A stretch of DNA of 64,000 nucleotides from an uncultured Candidatus Saccharibacteria bacterium (GTDB lineage Bacteria; Patescibacteriota; Minisyncoccia; Phycocordibacterales; SBAW01): contig CAZTNI010000001.1 of NCBI GenBank assembly GCA_964615415.1, positions 112,746-176,745 of the forward strand, given 5' to 3'. The notes below the pieces were generated by a model. The model had not been told where the DNA came from, made no database searches, and saw only the letters and a list, made by a program, of their open reading frames with translations. Both the position numbers and the translations under genes were made by a program. Below, in pieces: positions 9,720-18,914 of this stretch; the first letter of the stretch is position 1, and each line of letters opens with the position of its first letter.

Positions 9720-11192
9720 TTATACAAAGTATTTCTTACGAATGTCCTTTACGTTTTCTTCTTCAGCTTCTTCCTTTTTTTCCTTCCCTTCTTCTCCTAA
9801 TTTGCGCAATTGTGCATCGTTAAGTTGCGAAAGTTCTTGAGATTTTTTTTCTAAATACTCTGCGGAATTTTTTTTCGGGTCATCTAAAACTTCTTCCAGT
9901 AGTGCGTGGAGCATCCACCCTAGTCGAGGCCCCGGCTTCTCCCCTGTCACCTCCATGAGACGCTTCCCGTCTATCCCGAGCATACCAACAGAGATGGGGT
10001 CGCGGAGTGCCTGTTCGATCATGGACTGATAGACCCGGAGACGGAAGGGTTGCTCCTTCGGGCGGCCGGTACCTATCCGGTCGCAGATGCGGAGTTTCAC
10101 CAAGTCGTCGATACTCTCCCTCCCCACGTTGCGGATAATGCGGCGAACGGCAGAGAGTGTGATCTTGTCCGGGTCGGAGAAGAACATGTGCCAGCGGACC
10201 AGCTTTTCTATCTTGTCGACAGTTTCACGTGGAAACTTAAGGTCTTCCAGGGCCTTTTTAGCCATTTTAGCCCCTATTACCTCATGTCCATGGAAGGTCC
10301 AGTCGTGCTTGTCGTCCGACCAGCGGCGGCTTTTTGGCTTTCCTATGTCGTGAAATAAGGCTGCAATGCGTATATCTAGGCTCCATTCCTTGTCTGCGGC
10401 GTGCTGCAAGGCACGCATAGAGTGCTCAAACACATCAAATGAATGTGCCTGGTTCTGCTCCACCCCTACCCCACGCTCGATTTCAGGTGAAACGTAGCCC
10501 AAAATACCCAAACTATGCATTAAAATAAGGGCTTTCATGGGTTTGGAGGACTTCAGTGTCCGTATAAACTCATCGCGCACGCGCTCCTTAGAGATTTTGC
10601 CTAACTGCTTGGCACACTCCCCCATTGCATCCTTAGTTTGAGCCTCAATTTGGAAGTCGAGCTCTGCGGAAAGCCGTACCGCACGCATTATGCGCAAGGC
10701 ATCTTCTCCAAAGCGTTCAACCGGATTTCCCACAGCGCGAATGATCCCGTCCTTTATGTCCTTAATGCCCTCGTAAAGGTCAACCAGCTCATCAGAGCTC
10801 GGGCTATACGCCAAAGCGTTAACAGTAAAGTCGCGTCTTTTAAGGTCTTCGTCTAATTTTTGGCTAAAAGTAACGCTATCTGGCCGACGAGCGTCGCTAT
10901 ACTTCCCTTCCGTGCGATATGGCGTTACTTCCACAATTTTAAGAGTTTCATCCTCTTCCCCGTCATTAACCACCCCTACAGTGCCAAATTCGTTCGTATA
11001 GTACGTATTTTCAAATAAGCCTTGTATTTGCTCGGGTGTGGCGTTAGTTGTTACGTCCCAGTCGTTTGGTTTTTTACCTAGAAAGAGGTCGCGCACGCAG
11101 CCGCCGACAATCCAAGCTTCAAAACCAGCCTTTTCCAAGGTATTTGTTATACGTGAAACCGGGGATGGAACATCCCCTGCCCTAATCTTCAT
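9720..11192 (-). CDS. cca: CCA tRNA nucleotidyltransferase with HD domain
   Basis: VGGCVRD, DWD, RRDFTVNA, EDALRIMR, HDIGK. Confidence 0.93.
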   Translation of the reverse strand: MKIRAGDVPSPVSRITNTLEKAGFEAWIVGGCVRDLFLGKKPNDWDVTTNATPEQIQGLFENTYYTNEFGTVGVVNDGEEDETLKIVEVTPYRTEGKYSDARRPDSVTFSQKLDEDLKRRDFTVNALAYSPSSDELVDLYEGIKDIKDGIIRAVGNPVERFGEDALRIMRAVRLSAELDFQIEAQTKDAMGECAKQLGKISKERVRDEFIRTLKSSKPMKALILMHSLGILGYVSPEIERGVGVEQNQAHSFDVFEHSMRALQHAADKEWSLDIRIAALFHDIGKPKSRRWSDDKHDWTFHGHEVIGAKMAKKALEDLKFPRETVDKIEKLVRWHMFFSDPDKITLSAVRRIIRNVGRESIDDLVKLRICDRIGTGRPKEQPFRLRVYQSMIEQALRDPISVGMLGIDGKRLMEVTGEKPGPRLGWMLHALLEEVLDDPKKNSAEYLEKKSQELSQLNDAQLRKLGEEGKEKKEEAEEENVKDIRKKYFV

Positions 11193-11284
11193 AATGCTAA
11201 TAGTAACAGACCCTACTGCGAGTCGGTAGGATTTTGAAAAAAATGTGATTAACTGCTACACTCTGGTTGTGCTATCCGGGATTC

Positions 11285-11356
11285 GCTCCCGTGGTGAAAT
11301 GGATATCACGACTGGCTTCGAACCAGTTGTTGGGGGTTCGAGTCCCTCCGGGAGCA
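11285..11356 (+). tRNA. tRNA-Arg(TCG), CCA not encoded
   Basis: GCTCCCG/CGGGAGC acceptor, ACTGG-CTTCGAA-CCAGT anticodon arm, GTTCGAG T-loop. Confidence 0.95.
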
Positions 11357-11372
11357 CAAGTTCGTACATTTT

Positions 11373-11446
11373 GCGGCCATGGTTAAGTGGTATAATGCGT
11401 CCTTGCCAAGGACGAGTTGGGAGTTCGATTCTCCCTGGCCGCACCA
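11373..11446 (+). tRNA. tRNA-Gly(GCC)
   Basis: GCGGCCA/TGGCCGC acceptor, CGTCC-TTGCCAA-GGACG, ends ACCA. Confidence 0.96.
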
Positions 11447-11479
11447 AAGTGTGTTTTAAGGGGCTCTAAGGTCAAAGAC

Positions 11480-11567
11480 TTATTCCCCATCCTGTGAGTT
11501 TTAGGTTTGTTGAAAAATAAGGCTTTTTAAAGAACATCTGTGGATAAGTCTGTGGAGATGTGTATTA
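11480..11567. promoter_or_regulatory. DnaA-box cluster (oriC candidate)
   Basis: Perfect TGTGGATAA 11539-11547 plus near matches at 11480, 11508, 11551, 11559 in AT-rich intergenic DNA. Confidence 0.45.
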
Positions 11568-11636
11568 AAGACAAGTCTCAGATGTCTCTACATATGAGCA
11601 AAACGTTTCAATAGAAACGTTCTAACAAGGTTACAC

Positions 11637-12035
11637 GTGAACCCAGTGAAGACTGCTAAGCGGAACATAGGTGATATGGGAGAAGAAGTTGCTTGCGCCT
11701 ATCTTGAAAAGAAAGGGGATATTGTCATTGAGCGAAACTACCTCAAGCCGTGGGGAGAGATAGACATTGTGACAAAGCGGGGGAATAAGCTCGTATTTGT
11801 TGAGGTTAAGTCTGTTTCATGTGAATCAGTAGAAGATATTTCACGTGCAACAGTCCGGCCAGAGGAAAATATGCATTCCTCTAAGCTTAAACGCCTCCAT
11901 AGAGCCATACAAACGTACTTGTTGGACCATAAGGTGGGGGAGGAGGTGGAGTGGCAAATTGACCTCGCTTGTGTTTATCTAGACAGAGTACGAAAAGAGG
12001 CAAAAGTCGAATTGATAGAGAATATTGTCCTTTAG
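11637..12035 (+). CDS. yraN: YraN family (UPF0102) protein
   Basis: GDMGEEVA, ERNY, GEIDIV, FVEVK. Confidence 0.9.
   Translation: MNPVKTAKRNIGDMGEEVACAYLEKKGDIVIERNYLKPWGEIDIVTKRGNKLVFVEVKSVSCESVEDISRATVRPEENMHSSKLKRLHRAIQTYLLDHKVGEEVEWQIDLACVYLDRVRKEAKVELIENIVL
11813..11852. promoter_or_regulatory. Two parS-like sites inside yraN
   Basis: TGTTTCATGTGAATCA and TATTTCACGTGCAACA, each 2 mismatches to TGTTTCACGTGAAACA. Confidence 0.6.
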
Positions 12036-12075
12036 TATGTTATTCTCGAGTCATACCGGAGGAAATCCTCCAGAA

Positions 12076-12149
12076 CGGGCTGTCGTATACCGGTAGTACG
12101 CTTGCTTTGGGAGCAAGATGACTGGGTTCGATTCCCAGCAGCCCGACCA
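12076..12149 (+). tRNA. tRNA-Pro(TGG)
   Basis: CGGGCTG/CAGCCCG acceptor, CTTGC-TTTGGGA-GCAAG, ends ACCA. Confidence 0.96.
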
Positions 12150-12150
12150 G

Positions 12151-13023
12151 ATGAAACGTGTAACCTTGCAAGTGGCCTCAGGAGGAGAGTATGAACTCCT
12201 CGACTGTGGCGGTGAAGAAAAGCTTGAGAAATATAGTAATGTCGTGCTTGTACGCCCCGACCCACAGGCGCTCTGGGAAAAATCTTTACCGGAGTCAGAG
12301 TGGCACAAGGCGGACGGACGCTACGAACGCGAGGGTAGGGAGGGGAAGTGGATTACTAAAACGACGCTTCCTAAGGAATGGCCGATCCAGTTTGGCGGTT
12401 TTACCTTTATTATTCGCCCTACTTCCTTTAAGCACACCGGAGTTTTTCCGGAACAGGAAGCTAATTGGGCCTGGATCAGCGAATCTGTTACAAAAGCGGG
12501 CAGGGGAGTGAAAGTGCTTAACCTCTTTGCCTACACTGGCGGGGCTACGCTCGCTGCGGCTGCTGCGGGCGCTGAAGTGACACATGTAGATGCTTCTAAA
12601 ACAGCTGTAACGTGGGCAAGAGAAAATGCCGCAGCCTCAAACTTGAGCGAAGCTCCTATACGCTGGATTGTTGAAGATGTACGCCTATTTGTAGAGCGTG
12701 AACTGAAGCGAGGTAACAAATATGACCTTATTTTAATGGATCCGCCGGCCTTTGGTCATGGTCCTAAGGATGAATTATGGAAAATCGAGGAGCATTTGGT
12801 GGAGTTTATTAAACTTTGCAGCCAATTACTGACTGAAAAGCCGCTCGGTATCCTTATAAACGGCTACGCCGAAGGGTATTCTCCACTTGCGTTTGCGTAT
12901 AACCTAGAGCCTTTACAGGAAAAGTATGGTGGTTCGATCGAATATGGCGAGCTTACTATAGAAGACAAGGCAAAAAAGCGACTTCTCCCTGCAGGTATCT
13001 TTGCTCGGTGGCGAACAATTTAG
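12151..13023 (+). CDS. Class I SAM-dependent methyltransferase (RlmI/YwbD-like)
   Basis: HTGVFPEQ, VLNLFAYTGG, DPPAF; ATG lies 1 nt after tRNA-Pro CCA. Confidence 0.9.
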   Translation: MKRVTLQVASGGEYELLDCGGEEKLEKYSNVVLVRPDPQALWEKSLPESEWHKADGRYEREGREGKWITKTTLPKEWPIQFGGFTFIIRPTSFKHTGVFPEQEANWAWISESVTKAGRGVKVLNLFAYTGGATLAAAAAGAEVTHVDASKTAVTWARENAAASNLSEAPIRWIVEDVRLFVERELKRGNKYDLILMDPPAFGHGPKDELWKIEEHLVEFIKLCSQLLTEKPLGILINGYAEGYSPLAFAYNLEPLQEKYGGSIEYGELTIEDKAKKRLLPAGIFARWRTI

Positions 13024-14177
13024 TTGTTAAGCGCAGTAATCAGCTTCTCGCGCTCTCCTGGGGCAACGTTTGTGGCAAAATCAGCCGCTGCCTCTGCTAT
13101 GTCTGTACTCAAAAGTGCTTTAATACCTCCTTTGCCTTCTGCGGCAAGGCTTCGGTTAATATGGCTCAGCATAACGGCACGTAAGTCTCGGTCGCCGGTC
13201 GTTGCACCTGCGGTTGCAGTCGAAATAAGGCTCATAACTCGACTGTCGCTACCGCGTACGACTGCGCCGCCAGAAGCTCCACCTTGCGAAAGTACGGTGC
13301 CGCCAATCGAAATAACATCAATAAAGCCTTTTTCGTCAAAGGTGAACAGTTTTTGCACGACGGTAAATGCTGAAGTGACATATAAATCGCGTTCAATTGA
13401 TGTTCCGTTAAGAAAACCGGCAGGATACCCAGCAAGAAGCACTTCTTCACCGATCTCTGGGTCGTCTGTTGTAAGGCCGACGTTAGGAAAAGAGGCAGGA
13501 AGGGGAGTGTTGAGGTCTGCAGAGGCAGTGATACGGAGGAAGGCGTAGTCGTGTTCTCCGGTACCAAGTGGCCTCTCTGCCTTTAATTGGCTCGCATTCG
13601 CATCGATCCATGCAGGTGGTAGGTAGAGTAGCTCTGCCTTGTACCGTGGCTCTGCGGGCGATCCTGTGCGAATAGTGCATTCTACACTGTTAGGCGTTGG
13701 ATAATCTTTAAGAAGAAAAAATTGGCCTATGTGAGCGTTGGTAAGAATGACTCCACGCGAGTCGACAATGATCCCTGAGCCTGAAATAGAGCCAATACCG
13801 CTTCCGCTCCGGGCAATACACAGAATATTTACAAGTGATGCTCGGGTATTTGCATTTACCGCCTCGTAGTTGATCGCTACCGGCTTAGGAGAAGTGCCAG
13901 AAGCGCTTTGTGTGGCTGTAGAAGGGGAAGAAAGGGGAGTAGAAACCGGTTTTTGAGCCGTAGAGGGTGTTTTTTTAACAGTGCTGGTGGGTATAGATAT
14001 GGCGACGGTGGTGTGTGTAATGGGTAGCTCTACTTCAAGCACCTCTCCTTCTTGAGGTACGTAGGAGGTAAGGGGAGGGAAGTCGATGTGGAGTGCTACA
14101 AGAGCGCTCCCAAGCGCTATAGTAATTGTTATAAATAGTGAGTCGATTGCCCGTAGAAGGGTAGAGAGGACTTCCAT
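13020..14177 (-). CDS. Membrane-anchored trypsin-like serine protease
   Basis: N-terminal TM, ILTNAH, DYAFL, GGASGG catalytic motifs. Confidence 0.8.
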   Translation of the reverse strand: MEVLSTLLRAIDSLFITITIALGSALVALHIDFPPLTSYVPQEGEVLEVELPITHTTVAISIPTSTVKKTPSTAQKPVSTPLSSPSTATQSASGTSPKPVAINYEAVNANTRASLVNILCIARSGSGIGSISGSGIIVDSRGVILTNAHIGQFFLLKDYPTPNSVECTIRTGSPAEPRYKAELLYLPPAWIDANASQLKAERPLGTGEHDYAFLRITASADLNTPLPASFPNVGLTTDDPEIGEEVLLAGYPAGFLNGTSIERDLYVTSAFTVVQKLFTFDEKGFIDVISIGGTVLSQGGASGGAVVRGSDSRVMSLISTATAGATTGDRDLRAVMLSHINRSLAAEGKGGIKALLSTDIAEAAADFATNVAPGEREKLITALNN

Positions 14178-14210
14178 ATTGGTTTAGTATACGGTACGAT
14201 TCGAGCAAAA

Positions 14211-14281
14211 GCGGGATTAGTTTAGTGGTAAAACGACAGTTTTCCAAACTGTAGTTGGGAGTTCGATTCTCCCATCCCGCA
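14211..14281 (+). tRNA. tRNA-Gly(TCC), CCA not encoded
   Basis: GCGGGAT/ATCCCGC acceptor, ACAGT-TTTCCAA-ACTGT. Confidence 0.95.
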
Positions 14282-14324
14282 CACGTTCATACCGGATTCA
14301 TTACAAGCTGATTAAGTAACGAAC

Positions 14325-15092
14325 ATGACCAGACGAGGTATTGTAGCTGTTGTATTGATTCTTATTGTGCTCATTATTGGCGGGTGGTACTTCTTTATTA
14401 ACCGAGGTCCTGCTATTTCGTATACAGTGATTGAAAGCGGGGATCGCCAACACAAAGAAGAAACGGATTTTTACACCATCCAGATGACCTATCCTGACGA
14501 GACACCTCTTGTAGAACGCGGAGGGTGGGGTGCGGAAAATAGCGCTCAAGATGCTATAGAAGAGCTCTTGCAAGATGAGATGCAGGATTTTAAAAGCATC
14601 GTCGCAGAGAATTTAACAGAGACGGAAAAAGCACGTCTGCAGGAAAACCTTATTAAATATTCTTTGAATGTCGCATACAGGCCGTATTCTTCAGGAGAGT
14701 ATGTGTCGTATGAGTTCGATGTGTTTACCGACACAGGTGGCGCACACCCGAACAACTACTATCGCACGCTCGTTTTCGACCTTGAAGGGCGTACCGTTGC
14801 GCTCGGCGACCTTTTCCAGAGTGGTAGTTCGTACCTTGAACGCATTTCCGAAGAGGCAACGCGCCAAGTAACCGAGCAGATAACACAGCGCGCAGGGGCA
14901 GATGCTGTTGCAACGCTTATGCAAGAAGGTTTGGCACCCCGTGCAGAAAACTTTGAGAACTTTGTGGTAGACAGCGACCGTTTGCGCATCTTTATCCCGC
15001 CGTATCAGGCTGCGGCGTACGCAGTAGGGTCGTTTGAAGTCCAGATTCCGCTCTACGACATCCGCGACATCCTTAAACCAGAGGTTCGTTAA
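14325..15092 (+). CDS. RsiV/DUF3298-DUF4163-like exported protein
   Basis: N-terminal TM, TGGAHPN, PPYQAAAYAVG. Confidence 0.8.
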   Translation: MTRRGIVAVVLILIVLIIGGWYFFINRGPAISYTVIESGDRQHKEETDFYTIQMTYPDETPLVERGGWGAENSAQDAIEELLQDEMQDFKSIVAENLTETEKARLQENLIKYSLNVAYRPYSSGEYVSYEFDVFTDTGGAHPNNYYRTLVFDLEGRTVALGDLFQSGSSYLERISEEATRQVTEQITQRAGADAVATLMQEGLAPRAENFENFVVDSDRLRIFIPPYQAAAYAVGSFEVQIPLYDIRDILKPEVR

Positions 15093-15095
15093 TAA

Positions 15096-15197
15096 GGCCT
15101 TTCTCAAAACAGCTTTTTCAAAGGTCCTCGGTTCTCCCGTATCGGGCTCGAAGCCCTCTCGGGCCAGACCTTGTGAAAAAGCTGTTTTGCTTAGGCC
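15096..15197. repeat. Palindromic repeat family A, copy 1
   Basis: CAAAAC..GGTCCTCGGTTCTCCC..GGGCCAGACC..GTTTTG long hairpin. Confidence 0.85.
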
Positions 15198-15200
15198 ACT

Positions 15201-15240
15201 CACACGAAAAAATCCGGCAATTGCCGGATTTTTTCGTGTG
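15201..15240. terminator. Bidirectional terminator (perfect 40-nt palindrome)
   Basis: CACACGAAAAAATCCGGCAATTGCCGGATTTTTTCGTGTG between convergent genes. Confidence 0.85.
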
Positions 15241-15261
15241 CACACAATTGAGGTTCTGTTA

Positions 15262-15534
15262 CTATTTAACTGCCTCTTTCAAGGCCTTTGCAGCCTGGAA
15301 CTTAGGCACTCGCATAGATGGAACCTGAACTGATTCACCCGTGCGCGGGTTGCGTGCCGTGCGAGAGGCGCGCATTTTGGTCTTAAAGATGCCCAAACCT
15401 GCAATAGAGACCTCCTCATTCTTTTTGAGGGCTGAAACAATGGTTTCAATCACTGTCTCGACTGCGCGTTCTGCGTCTGCTTTGGTTGTACCAAGGACGC
15501 CATGCACCTTTTCTGCGATATCTTGCTTATTCAT
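15262..15534 (-). CDS. hup: DNA-binding protein HU
   Basis: MNKQDI, GLGIF, ARNPRTGE. Confidence 0.96.
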   Translation of the reverse strand: MNKQDIAEKVHGVLGTTKADAERAVETVIETIVSALKKNEEVSIAGLGIFKTKMRASRTARNPRTGESVQVPSMRVPKFQAAKALKEAVK

Positions 15535-15645
15535 AAGGGTTTATTAACGGGTAAATGAACCGTGTACCCTGTGCTGGTAGTATACGACTGCCAAAAAACC
15601 TTGCAATAGAGCCATGGGGATACATTTTTTTGACAAAAAACAAAA

Positions 15646-17175
15646 TTATCGTGCAAATTCAATGGCACGAGTCTCGCGAATTACCGTAACTTTGATCTCT
15701 CCGGGGTATTTAAGTTCACTTTCAATGCGTACTGCGATGTTTCGTGCGAGTTCTCGAGCTGCAACGTCGGTCATTTCGTCTGGTTTTACGAATACCCGCA
15801 CTTCGCGACCTGCAGAAATGGCATACGATTTCTCAACGCCGGTGAATGAATTAGCGATTCCTTCAATATCTGCAAGGCGTTTTATGTAATTTTCAACACT
15901 GTCACGGCGTGCGCCCGGTCGGCCGCCAGAAATAGCGTCGGCAACCTGCACGATAATAGATTCCGGTGTTTCGTACGGGTATTCCTCGTGGTGCGCCTGC
16001 ATTGCTTTGATGACTTCTTCAGAGACGCCAAATTTAGCGAGCACACGACGGCCAATTTCCACATGCGTTCCTTGTACTTCGTGGTCCAAGGCTTTACCAA
16101 TGTCGTGCAAAAGTGCGCCTGCGCGTGCGACTGCTGGGTTTGCACCAAGTTCTTCCGCGATCATGCCGGCAATGTGCGCCATCTCTACCGAGTGCTGGAG
16201 CACCGACTGACCGTACGATGTGCGGAAGTAGAGGCGACCCAATATCATCAAGAGGCGAGGGTCGAGGTTAAGTACGCCCGCTTCAAATGCTGCGGCTTCA
16301 GCTTTTTCTTTAATGATTTTATTTATTTCACCTTTTGCTTTTTCTACCGTTTCTTCAATCTTTGCGGGTTGAATACGGCCGTCGATGATAAGGTTTTCGA
16401 GTGCAACACGGGCAACTGCGCGGCGAATCGGGTCGTATGAAGAAAGCACGATAGAGCCAGGGGTGTCGTCGATAATAATTTCTACACCCGTTGCACGCTC
16501 AAGAGTTTTAATATTGCGGCCTTCTTTACCGATAATCTTTCCTTTAATATCGTCATTCGGAATCGTTACTGCGGTTGCCATGGTGTCGCTCGCAACTGAA
16601 TTACCAAGGCGATGAATCGCAGTGGTAAGAATTTCCCGTGCACGGCGCTCAAGACGTTCCATACCGTCGCGCTCAAGTTTCTGAATACGCACCATCATAT
16701 CTTCTGCATGTTCGCGCTCTAACTCTGCGTGGAGTTGCTGCAGCGCAGCGTCTTTTGACATGCCTGCCACACGTGCAAGTTCTTCAGCGCGCTGGGAAAG
16801 CATAGCTTCTGCGCGTTCGCGGATCGTTTTTACTTCTTCAATTTTATTTTTAACACGCTCAATTTCTTCATCGAGTTCTGCTTGTTTTTTGTCGAGAGAT
16901 TCCTCACGTTTAAAAATACGGTCCTCTGCCCGGGTAATTTTTTCTTCTTTATCTTTGAGCTCTGCTTCGACAGCAACTGCTTTTTGACGAGCCTCTTCTT
17001 CCGCACCGGAAGTTATGCGGTTTGCTTCTTCTTTAGCAGTGAGGAGAATTTGCTTAACTTCAAGCTCGATAGAGCCTTTGCGTGCAAGAACAAGGAGCCA
17101 CCTAAAGGTGTAACCAATGACCGCTCCAAGAACGCCCGCAAGCGCGAGGAGCAAAAACACTATTTTTAATGACAT
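15646..17175 (-). CDS. rny: Ribonuclease Y
   Basis: N-terminal TM, coiled coil, KH (KGKIIGKEGRNI), HD (LHDIGK). Confidence 0.97.
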   Translation of the reverse strand: MSLKIVFLLLALAGVLGAVIGYTFRWLLVLARKGSIELEVKQILLTAKEEANRITSGAEEEARQKAVAVEAELKDKEEKITRAEDRIFKREESLDKKQAELDEEIERVKNKIEEVKTIRERAEAMLSQRAEELARVAGMSKDAALQQLHAELEREHAEDMMVRIQKLERDGMERLERRAREILTTAIHRLGNSVASDTMATAVTIPNDDIKGKIIGKEGRNIKTLERATGVEIIIDDTPGSIVLSSYDPIRRAVARVALENLIIDGRIQPAKIEETVEKAKGEINKIIKEKAEAAAFEAGVLNLDPRLLMILGRLYFRTSYGQSVLQHSVEMAHIAGMIAEELGANPAVARAGALLHDIGKALDHEVQGTHVEIGRRVLAKFGVSEEVIKAMQAHHEEYPYETPESIIVQVADAISGGRPGARRDSVENYIKRLADIEGIANSFTGVEKSYAISAGREVRVFVKPDEMTDVAARELARNIAVRIESELKYPGEIKVTVIRETRAIEFAR

Positions 17176-17282
17176 AAAGAGGGGAGAACATAAAAGGTAA
17201 AAGTTGGGTGGAAACAGGAAAATCTGAACACCTCAACAATAGCAGAAAGGATGTCACTACACAACGCGAACTCAGAGTTAGC

Positions 17283-17400
17283 AAAAGGGCCTCGCCACGA
17301 AGTCTCGCAGGGTACGCATAATTTCTTGCTAGAAATTTGCTCAGCCTCGGCGCCGTCGCGCCTGCGGAGCCCCTGCTCAACTTGTGGTGAGGCCCTTTTT
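17283..17400. other. Multi-branch structured element between clpP and rny
   Basis: AAAAGGGCCTCGCCAC...GTGGTGAGGCCCTTTT closing stem with internal stems. Confidence 0.6.
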
Positions 17401-17403
17401 AAC

Positions 17404-18030
17404 TTATTTTGTCACCTTTGCCTTGTTAACAAAGATTTCGTCTACAACGCCGTACTTCTTAGCCTCTTCAGCCATCATAAAGTAGTCGCGGTCCACGTCT
17501 TTTTCGATCTTTTCAAGTGGTTGACCCGTTGCCTTAGAGAGAATCTTGTTAAGGCGCTCTCTGGTAGCGATGATGTGTTTAGCTGTAATTTCAATGTCGG
17601 TAGCCTGGCCTTGTGCACCGCCCCACGGCTGGTGGATCATCACCTCCGCGTTCGGCAGCGCATAGCGCTTACCCTTAGTGCCAGCTGCCAAGATAACTGC
17701 AGCAGCAGATGCGGCAATACCCACACAGACAGTTGCAACGTCTGGTTTAACAAAGTTCATGGTGTCTAAAATGGCCAAACCAGCAGAAACCGAGCCTCCA
17801 GGGGAGTTTATATAGAGCTGAATGTCCTTCTTTGGGTCCTCAGAAGCCAAGAAAAGGAGCTGAGCAATGACTAAATTGGCTGTATGGTCCTCGATCGGGC
17901 CGCTCAAAAAGACGATTCGTTCTTTAAGGAGACGTGAGTAAATGTCAAAAGCGCGCTCACCATAAGGGGATTTCTCCACCACCATAGGTACGAGCTGGTT
18001 ATATATAGGGTTTTTGTCGTTTGATTGCAT
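17404..18030 (-). CDS. clpP: ATP-dependent Clp protease proteolytic subunit
   Basis: [26 protein letters not shown]. Confidence 0.98.
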   Translation of the reverse strand: MQSNDKNPIYNQLVPMVVEKSPYGERAFDIYSRLLKERIVFLSGPIEDHTANLVIAQLLFLASEDPKKDIQLYINSPGGSVSAGLAILDTMNFVKPDVATVCVGIAASAAAVILAAGTKGKRYALPNAEVMIHQPWGGAQGQATDIEITAKHIIATRERLNKILSKATGQPLEKIEKDVDRDYFMMAEEAKKYGVVDEIFVNKAKVTK

Positions 18031-18155
18031 GGGGACAGTATAGTCTTGACGGTACTAACAATCAACTGTGATACTAGAGCTACAGGGTACAGTTCTCTCA
18101 TCCGCTCTGCGGCCCGTGTTTGCGAGGGTCATCGCAACTTGCCTAGGAGGCAATC

Positions 18156-18359
18156 ATGTTTGGTCTGTTCAACAAAATGCGCCGTTCTCTCGCCGCCCGG
18201 CGGGAGGCAGCGTACGCCCGACAGATTGCGGAGCTCAGCTCCGAATTGCACGACCTCCTTGAGAGGTCGAAGGCAACGACTCGTCAGGCGGAGAAGGTCG
18301 CGGCAGAAGCAGGAGAGCTTCGCCGTAAGGTGATGACTCTTCTTCTCTCTGCTGCCTGA
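18156..18359 (+). CDS. Small coiled-coil protein
   Basis: AGGAGG SD, TTGACG promoter at 18046. Confidence 0.7.
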   Translation: MFGLFNKMRRSLAARREAAYARQIAELSSELHDLLERSKATTRQAEKVAAEAGELRRKVMTLLLSAA

Positions 18360-18368
18360 TTTGTTCTT

Positions 18369-18438
18369 TGAACGGGACCGAGGCCCCGTTCACAGACGTT
18401 CTGTTAGTTAGTTAAAGTGCGGGACCGAGGCCCCGCAC
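18369..18438. repeat. Twin hairpins sharing CGGGACCGAGGCCCCG
   Basis: GAACGGGACCGAGGCCCCGTTC and GTGCGGGACCGAGGCCCCGCAC. Confidence 0.8.
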
Positions 18439-18554
18439 TCAAAGGATCCAGCTCTGTCGCAAGACATCTGGGTCCTTTTTCATTACTTGCGTGTTTTTAT
18501 ATTTTGTTTTATAGTGGTGTCCAGAATTGGTCATCCTACGAACAGGGGCACACA

Positions 18555-18878
18555 ATGACGCTCACGAGACGAGACTTTTTGTACTTGGTGGCAGCGACAT
18601 TCGTTGCGCTGACATGGACTCTATTCTTTGAAGCAGGTGTTGCAACCTCTATGTACCTGCTCTGTACTGCACAAGCAGCTGCGGACGAGTGTACAGGGGT
18701 GTGGCACGCCACAACCCGATTGTATTTCAGTGGCGGAATTTGTCTCGCGGTCGTACTCCTATTTCTCAATCTCGTTGTTAAAGATGCGAGGCAAGTACTA
18801 AAGCCGGCAAGCAGTTCTGCTCTGGCGGTAGTAGCAGGAGTTGCTACGCACTTGTTCGTCTATATGATTTCGAATTAA
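18555..18878 (+). CDS. Hypothetical membrane protein
   Basis: Three hydrophobic segments, AGGGG SD. Confidence 0.65.
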   Translation: MTLTRRDFLYLVAATFVALTWTLFFEAGVATSMYLLCTAQAAADECTGVWHATTRLYFSGGICLAVVLLFLNLVVKDARQVLKPASSSALAVVAGVATHLFVYMISN

Positions 18879-18914
18879 CAAAAAGGCAGGGATATCCCTG
18901 CCTTTTCTTTTTAC

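Noticed and set aside
11285-11356. tRNA-Arg(TCG) as a novelty or integration site
   Set aside because: The anticodon is uncommon in model bacteria but known elsewhere, and no duplicated tRNA 3' end was seen in the window.
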